From an uncultured Christensenella sp. (GTDB taxonomy: Bacteria; Bacillota; Clostridia; Christensenellales; UBA1242): a stretch of DNA of 64,000 nucleotides. Both the position numbers and the translations under genes were made by a program. Shown piece after piece: positions 59,215 to 64,000 of this stretch. The stretch's first letter is position 1, and each line of letters starts with the position of its first letter. The notes beneath the pieces are model-generated. The model made no database searches. It had not been told where the DNA came from and was given only the letters and a program-made list of their open reading frames with translations. The stretch lies in assembly GCA_949292875.1 (NCBI GenBank), contig CASFBJ010000004.1, positions 15,903 to 79,902 on the forward strand, read 5' to 3'.

Positions 59215-60376
59215 CTTCGTTTATGCCTAACTTAAAACCGCAAGGGGAAGCGCATTTGTAATTAGGGAAAGTGCATCTTGCACCATTTCTGTAAGGTTCT
59301 AAGTCTTTTGCAAGTTCGCTATCTCTTGCTTTTAATGAAAAGTAGTATTTGTCTAATGTTTTATTTACTTGTTGTGCGCTTTCTAGTTGTGTATGAGTAC
59401 ATTTTCTTTTTTTGAGTTTGTCTACAAAAGTTTGTAAATTTCCGCTTTCATTTATTTGTACCATGGTTGCTTGTGGAATGCGTGAAGAAACTTGCTCGCA
59501 GTCTTGTATCCATTCGTTATATAAGGTTGTATCATTTGCTATGATAGGCGGTACATAAAAAGTATTGTTATCTAGTAAAGTAATGCTATAGTCTATACTT
59601 CTATGTCTTTGTATCTGTGCAAACTGTGCATAAGAACCCTTGTAAGTTGTAAAGTATGAGTATCCAAAATGTTCTTCACGGCTTAAGTCCCTATCTTCAA
59701 AAAGGCTAAAAGTCCTATTTTCAGGGTTTGTCATAAGCGTTTGGTCTATAAGGTTGCACGCCTTATTTATACTAGAGCAAAAATCTTGCATAGCAGGTTT
59801 AAGCATGTCATATATCTTGTTATTTTGCTCATTTTGTATTGCTTTTTGCATAAATCCATATATGTAGTTAAGTTGTCTATAAGATAAAGTATGTACCATA
59901 GCGGTAGGAGTGAAAATAGAAGTAAGATACCTTGCATTTTCTTGTGCTAACTTTGCTATCTTATTATCCGTAAAGAAATTAGGGTATTTTTCTTTGTACT
60001 TATCACTTATTTTTTTCTCAAAAATCTCTTTCCACTTGTCATATAGTTCTTGCTCGCTGTTTGTTAGTTTCATTTTAGTATAACGAGCAGATTTTTCACT
60101 TGTAGAATAATCTTTTTCATTATTTAGTATCATAGCAAGTGCTTTAGGCATATCTTCTATGTAAAAGTTTATTCTAGCATGGTCATATACGCTATGGTGT
60201 CCATTTGTTTTAGTAAGATTTATCCTTTTTAGCGTTTTTTCTCTATCTTCGTTTTCTATCTTTTCATAAGTGGACGGCATATAACATATACCAGCAGATT
60301 TTCCGCAAAAAATCTCTATTTCATCTTTATTTGGCGTATAATTGTTATTTGTACAACCTATAACTTTTATTTTCAT
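59201..60376 (-). CDS. thyX: Flavin-dependent thymidylate synthase (ThyX/Thy1), two-domain form
   Basis: GHHSVYDH, EKSARY, AQE.ARYL, QIQRHR, QLE, C-terminal Cys cluster. Confidence 0.75.
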   Translation of the reverse strand: MKIKVIGCTNNNYTPNKDEIEIFCGKSAGICYMPSTYEKIENEDREKTLKRINLTKTNGHHSVYDHARINFYIEDMPKALAMILNNEKDYSTSEKSARYTKMKLTNSEQELYDKWKEIFEKKISDKYKEKYPNFFTDNKIAKLAQENARYLTSIFTPTAMVHTLSYRQLNYIYGFMQKAIQNEQNNKIYDMLKPAMQDFCSSINKACNLIDQTLMTNPENRTFSLFEDRDLSREEHFGYSYFTTYKGSYAQFAQIQRHRSIDYSITLLDNNTFYVPPIIANDTTLYNEWIQDCEQVSSRIPQATMVQINESGNLQTFVDKLKKRKCTHTQLESAQQVNKTLDKYYFSLKARDSELAKDLEPYRNGARCTFPNYKCASPCGFKLGINEEREI

Positions 60377-60410
60377 AAATCACCTTTTGCATTAGTATAT
60401 TAATACTAAA

Positions 60411-60439
60411 ATTTTATCATAAAATGCTTAAAAAGTCAA
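60411..60439 (-). promoter_or_regulatory. thyX promoter
   Basis: TTGACT-17-TAAAAT with TGn extension. Confidence 0.7.
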
Positions 60440-60729
60440 TATAACTATGAAAATAGGGTGCGCAAAAACTTTACTTATAATATAAAAAAATTTGTAATGT
60501 TTTTAGTCTAAATTTTCCTATAATAAGGCATATATGTGTGACAAAATACAAGAAAAGGAATGTATATAATGAAATAGATAGATATATAGTTATAAATATT
60601 TTAATTAACTAAAATCATTATTTATATTTCTTACATTGTACTATGTATGTATATGTAGATAAAAGTTTTTAGAAAAAATAATTATTGTAAATAGTTGACT
60701 AATGCAAAATATTTGTAGTATTATAAAGT

Positions 60730-61050
60730 TGAGTTTAAGAATAAGGTTTGTATAGCCATAATATTCTTATACTCATATAATCTATGCAATAGACTTCAAA
60801 GTAGGTCAAGCGTAGATTGTGGCGGAAAGTCTTTTTTGATATGCTTTGTAAACTATTTTTTTGTGTTTTATATAGTGCATAGTGCACAACAAATAAAGTA
60901 AAAAATTTTTTAGATATATGGTGCAGAAATCATAACTAAAAATAAAAAAACTTTTTTAAAAATAAAACACACAAGTAAAAAATATACAAACGATGAAATA
61001 AGGTTTTCCGCAAAGTAAGGTGCTTAAAGCATGACTTTAAGTGCCTTTTC
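60730..61050 (+). ncRNA. Candidate ~320-nt structured non-coding RNA
   Basis: Promoter TTGACT-18-TATTAT (60695-60724); two 5' hairpins, a ~190-nt rod closed by a 12-bp helix, and a terminator; G.U pairs consistently favour the + strand. Confidence 0.6.
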
Positions 61051-61350
61051 TAATCAATGAAATAACATAATATAAAACTTTTTTATGCCAAATATATTTT
61101 CTTGATAATACTTTATTGAATTTTCTTAAGTATTAAACGGTAATTATTTAAAAGTTTTAAACTATTTTAGGTAACAAAGAAAATGATAAAATCATATATG
61201 TAACTACTTGTATAAGTAATAATTTTTTAAGTATATGCTAAAAGCATATCAAAAGTAGTTAAAATGATGTATTTATGCCGTTAAAATACTAAAAAATTAA
61301 TTTAATTTTAAAAAAATGATAAAAATTAAAATAAAAAAGGAGTTGCAAAA

Positions 61351-63150
61351 ATGGGAATATTTAAAGAGTTTAAGGTAAAAGATTACATATTTCTTTTCAT
61401 AATAGTTGCGCTAGTTGTGGGGCAAGTATGGTTAGATTTGAAGATTCCTAATTATATGAGTGAGATTACAGTTCTTGTGCAATCTGGAGTGCAAGATACA
61501 ACTGACATTTGGATAGCAGGTGGTAAAATGCTTGCGTGTGCATTAGGTTCTGCAATATTTGCTATAATTGTTGGCTACTTTTGTGCAGTTATATCTGGTA
61601 GAATAGGAAAGAGAATGAGAGATGAGATATATAGTAAAGTTCAATCTTTTGGAATGAATGAGATACACAAGTTTAGTATACCGAGTTTAATCACAAGAAG
61701 TACAAACGATATATCTCAAGTGCAATTTGCAACTGCTGTTGGTATGCAAGTTATAATTAAAGCGCCTATTATGTCTGTTTGGGCAATATGCACAATATTA
61801 GGTAAAAGTTGGGCTTGGTCGCTTGCAACCGCTTGTGCTGTTATTATTTTACTTCTTGTTATTGCAATAATAGTGGTATTTGCTTTACCTAAGTTTAAAA
61901 AAATACAGACATTGACAGACAATCTAAATCGTGTTACTAGAGAAAACATAACAGGTTTAAGAGTTGTAAGGGCCTATAATGCTGAAGATTTTGAAGCGAA
62001 CAAATTTGAAAAAGCAAACGAAGAACTAAATCATACGAACTTAGTAGTAAATAGGCTAATGGCACTACTTTCACCTGTAATGATGTTTATGATTAGTGCT
62101 TTATCGCTCGCTATATATTGGATAGGTGCTTATCTTATAAATAGTGTAGGTATGGCGGAAAGACTCACTGTATTTGGAGATATGGTTGTATTTATGAGTT
62201 ATGCAATGCTCATAGTTATGTCATTTGTCATGCTAACAATGGTATTTATCATTTTACCTAGAGCAATGGTTGCTTTTAGAAGAGTAAAAGAAGTATGTAA
62301 TACAGAACTTAGTATACATGAAATAAGTGAGAGTAAAAAAGCACAAAGTAGTGAGCAAGGTGTAGTAGAATTTAGAAATGTAAGTTTCAAGTATCCTAAT
62401 GCAGAAAAATACATACTTAGAAATGTAAGTTTTAAAGTAAACAAAGGCGAAACTATAGCGTTTATTGGTTCTACAGGAAGTGGAAAATCTACGCTTATTA
62501 ATCTTGTACCTAGGTTTTACGATTGTACAGAAGGAGAAGTGCTTGTTGATGGTGTAAATGTAAAAGATTACACGCATTTTGACTTAATGAACAAGATAGC
62601 GTATGTTTCTCAAAAAGCGGTACTTTTTTCAGGGACTATAAAATCTAACATTACTTATGGTGAAAATGACAAAGAAGAAGTAAGTGATGAACTTATGGAA
62701 AAGGTTTTACGCATTAGTCAAGCAGATGAGTTTGTGTACTCAAAAGAGAAAGGTGTAGATAGTGAGATTAGTCAAGGTGGAGCAAATGTAAGCGGTGGTC
62801 AAAAGCAAAGGCTTTCTATTGCAAGGGCTCTTGCAAGAGATGCTGAGATATGTATATTTGATGATAGTTTTTCCGCATTAGATTATAGGACGGATAAAAA
62901 TCTTAGAAAAGCGCTAAAAGAGCAAATGCCTAATCTTACAAAATTAATAGTTGCGCAAAGAATAGCGACAATACAAGATGCAGATAAAATAGTTGTTTTA
63001 GATAGTGGCGATTTGGTGGGTTATGGAACTCATGATGAACTTATGCAAAGTTGTGATGTATATAAAGAGATAGCGTTGTCACAATTTTCTCAAAGCGAGT
63101 TAGGGTTAGATGATAAAAAAGCGAAGAAGGAGGCAAAAGGCAATGAGTAA
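61351..63150 (+). CDS. Heterodimeric multidrug-type ABC exporter, degenerate-site subunit (TM287/EfrA/LmrC-like)
   Basis: TMD plus NBD: GSTGSGKST, VSGGQKQR, Walker B ICIFDD (E replaced by D), switch Q in IVAQR. Confidence 0.93.
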   Translation: MGIFKEFKVKDYIFLFIIVALVVGQVWLDLKIPNYMSEITVLVQSGVQDTTDIWIAGGKMLACALGSAIFAIIVGYFCAVISGRIGKRMRDEIYSKVQSFGMNEIHKFSIPSLITRSTNDISQVQFATAVGMQVIIKAPIMSVWAICTILGKSWAWSLATACAVIILLLVIAIIVVFALPKFKKIQTLTDNLNRVTRENITGLRVVRAYNAEDFEANKFEKANEELNHTNLVVNRLMALLSPVMMFMISALSLAIYWIGAYLINSVGMAERLTVFGDMVVFMSYAMLIVMSFVMLTMVFIILPRAMVAFRRVKEVCNTELSIHEISESKKAQSSEQGVVEFRNVSFKYPNAEKYILRNVSFKVNKGETIAFIGSTGSGKSTLINLVPRFYDCTEGEVLVDGVNVKDYTHFDLMNKIAYVSQKAVLFSGTIKSNITYGENDKEEVSDELMEKVLRISQADEFVYSKEKGVDSEISQGGANVSGGQKQRLSIARALARDAEICIFDDSFSALDYRTDKNLRKALKEQMPNLTKLIVAQRIATIQDADKIVVLDSGDLVGYGTHDELMQSCDVYKEIALSQFSQSELGLDDKKAKKEAKGNE

Positions 63151-64000
63151 CAAGGTAAAAGAGCAGGCGCGTTCTAATCATATGGCTGGTGGGAAAAGAA
63201 TGAAAGTCATAGAAAAGCCAAAAAGTATGAAAAGTGCATTAAGGAAGTTGTTAGGATTTTGCAAACCTTATTCATTTTGGATAATAGTAGCAATAGTATT
63301 TGCTGTTGGTGGTTCCATTTGTTCGCTAATAGGACCAAACAAGTTAAAAGAGATAACAGACATAATATCTAATGGTATATTTTTACCAAGTGGGGTAGAT
63401 ATACCGGCAGTTACACACATTGCGATAATACTTGTAGCAATATATGGCATAGGTTTATTAGTTAATTATGTGCAAGGTTATGTCATGGCAACAGTAACGC
63501 AAAAAATTACCAAAAATATGCGTACAAAGATGAGTGATAAAATCAATAAAATTCCGCTTAGTTATTTTGATAAGACTACATACGGAGATGTGCTTAGTCG
63601 TGTAACGAATGATGTGGACTTAATAGGGCAGACATTAAATAATAGTATATCTTCATTAGTTGGTGCGGTTGCATTGTTTTTAGGTTCGCTTATAATGATG
63701 TTTGTTACAAACTGGATAATGGCGCTTGCTGGTATATGTGCGACGCTATTAGGATTTATATTAATGAGTGTGATTATTGCTCGTTCACAAAAGTATTTTG
63801 TAATGCAACAAGAAAGTCTAGGTGAACTCAACGGGCATGTGGAAGAAGTGTATACAGGTCATGTAGTAGTGAAAGCATACAACGCAGAAAAGCAAGAAAA
63901 AAGGGTTTTTGACAACATAAATAATAAACTATACACAAGTGCTTGGAAATCTCAATTTCTGTCAGGGCTTATGATGCCACTTATGTCATTTGTAGGAAAC
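63143..64000 (+). CDS. Heterodimeric ABC exporter, second subunit (truncated by the window end)
   Basis: ATG overlapping the upstream stop; translates as MSNKVKEQ... with PLSYFD....GDVLSRVTNDVD and LNGHVEE.Y.GH; open to the window end. Confidence 0.9.
   Translation, partial: MSNKVKEQARSNHMAGGKRMKVIEKPKSMKSALRKLLGFCKPYSFWIIVAIVFAVGGSICSLIGPNKLKEITDIISNGIFLPSGVDIPAVTHIAIILVAIYGIGLLVNYVQGYVMATVTQKITKNMRTKMSDKINKIPLSYFDKTTYGDVLSRVTNDVDLIGQTLNNSISSLVGAVALFLGSLIMMFVTNWIMALAGICATLLGFILMSVIIARSQKYFVMQQESLGELNGHVEEVYTGHVVVKAYNAEKQEKRVFDNINNKLYTSAWKSQFLSGLMMPLMSFVGN

Noticed and set aside
60772-60835. Purine riboswitch (CUCAUAUAAUC resembles the xpt aptamer start)
   Set aside because: The downstream UUUCUACC junction and the kissing loops are absent.
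60819-60835. RNase P RNA or TPP riboswitch (GGAAAGUC, AGCGUAG strings)
   Set aside because: Only short strings match; the other conserved cores (P4 partner, CUGAGA) are missing.
60841-60882. 13-codon uORF MLCKLFFCVLYSA, and other minimal ATG-AAA-stop ORFs nearby
   Set aside because: No properly spaced SD, and the sequence is better explained as RNA helix.
3965-63831. Many short ORFs (60-160 aa) in the track that are antisense or out-of-frame within real genes
   Set aside because: They shadow well-supported genes, lack an RBS and motifs, and have antisense-type composition.

Overview
Very AT-rich chromosomal window from a spore-forming Clostridia-type Firmicute (spo0A, spoIIE, gerA-family operon); the lineage cannot be fixed from sequence alone. 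It contains the replication origin (dnaA, dnaN, DnaA boxes, AT-rich unwinding region), with parA/parB and two parS-like sites relocated to the dnaN side. Housekeeping genes include mnmG, secA, cls, rsmA, tatD, comF, radC, a uridine-kinase-family gene, a two-domain ThyX and a heterodimeric ABC exporter. There are four very large membrane-anchored surface proteins: a 1057-aa Ig-like protein, a 1978-aa pseudo-M6-protease/LRR protein, a ~1060-aa CBM-like protein and a 4584-aa giant. A small HTH-SLOG-HTH accessory cassette is also present. I saw no rRNA, tRNA, CRISPR array, integrase or transposase. The best unexplained signals are a ~320-nt structured RNA with its own promoter and terminator (60730-61050), a ~73-nt candidate sporulation sRNA (32756-32828), three inverted DnaA-box pairs all spaced exactly 13 bp, the giant surface proteins, and spo0A about 2.4 kb from dnaA. 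All motifs and pairings were found by eye; no searches or folding programs were run.
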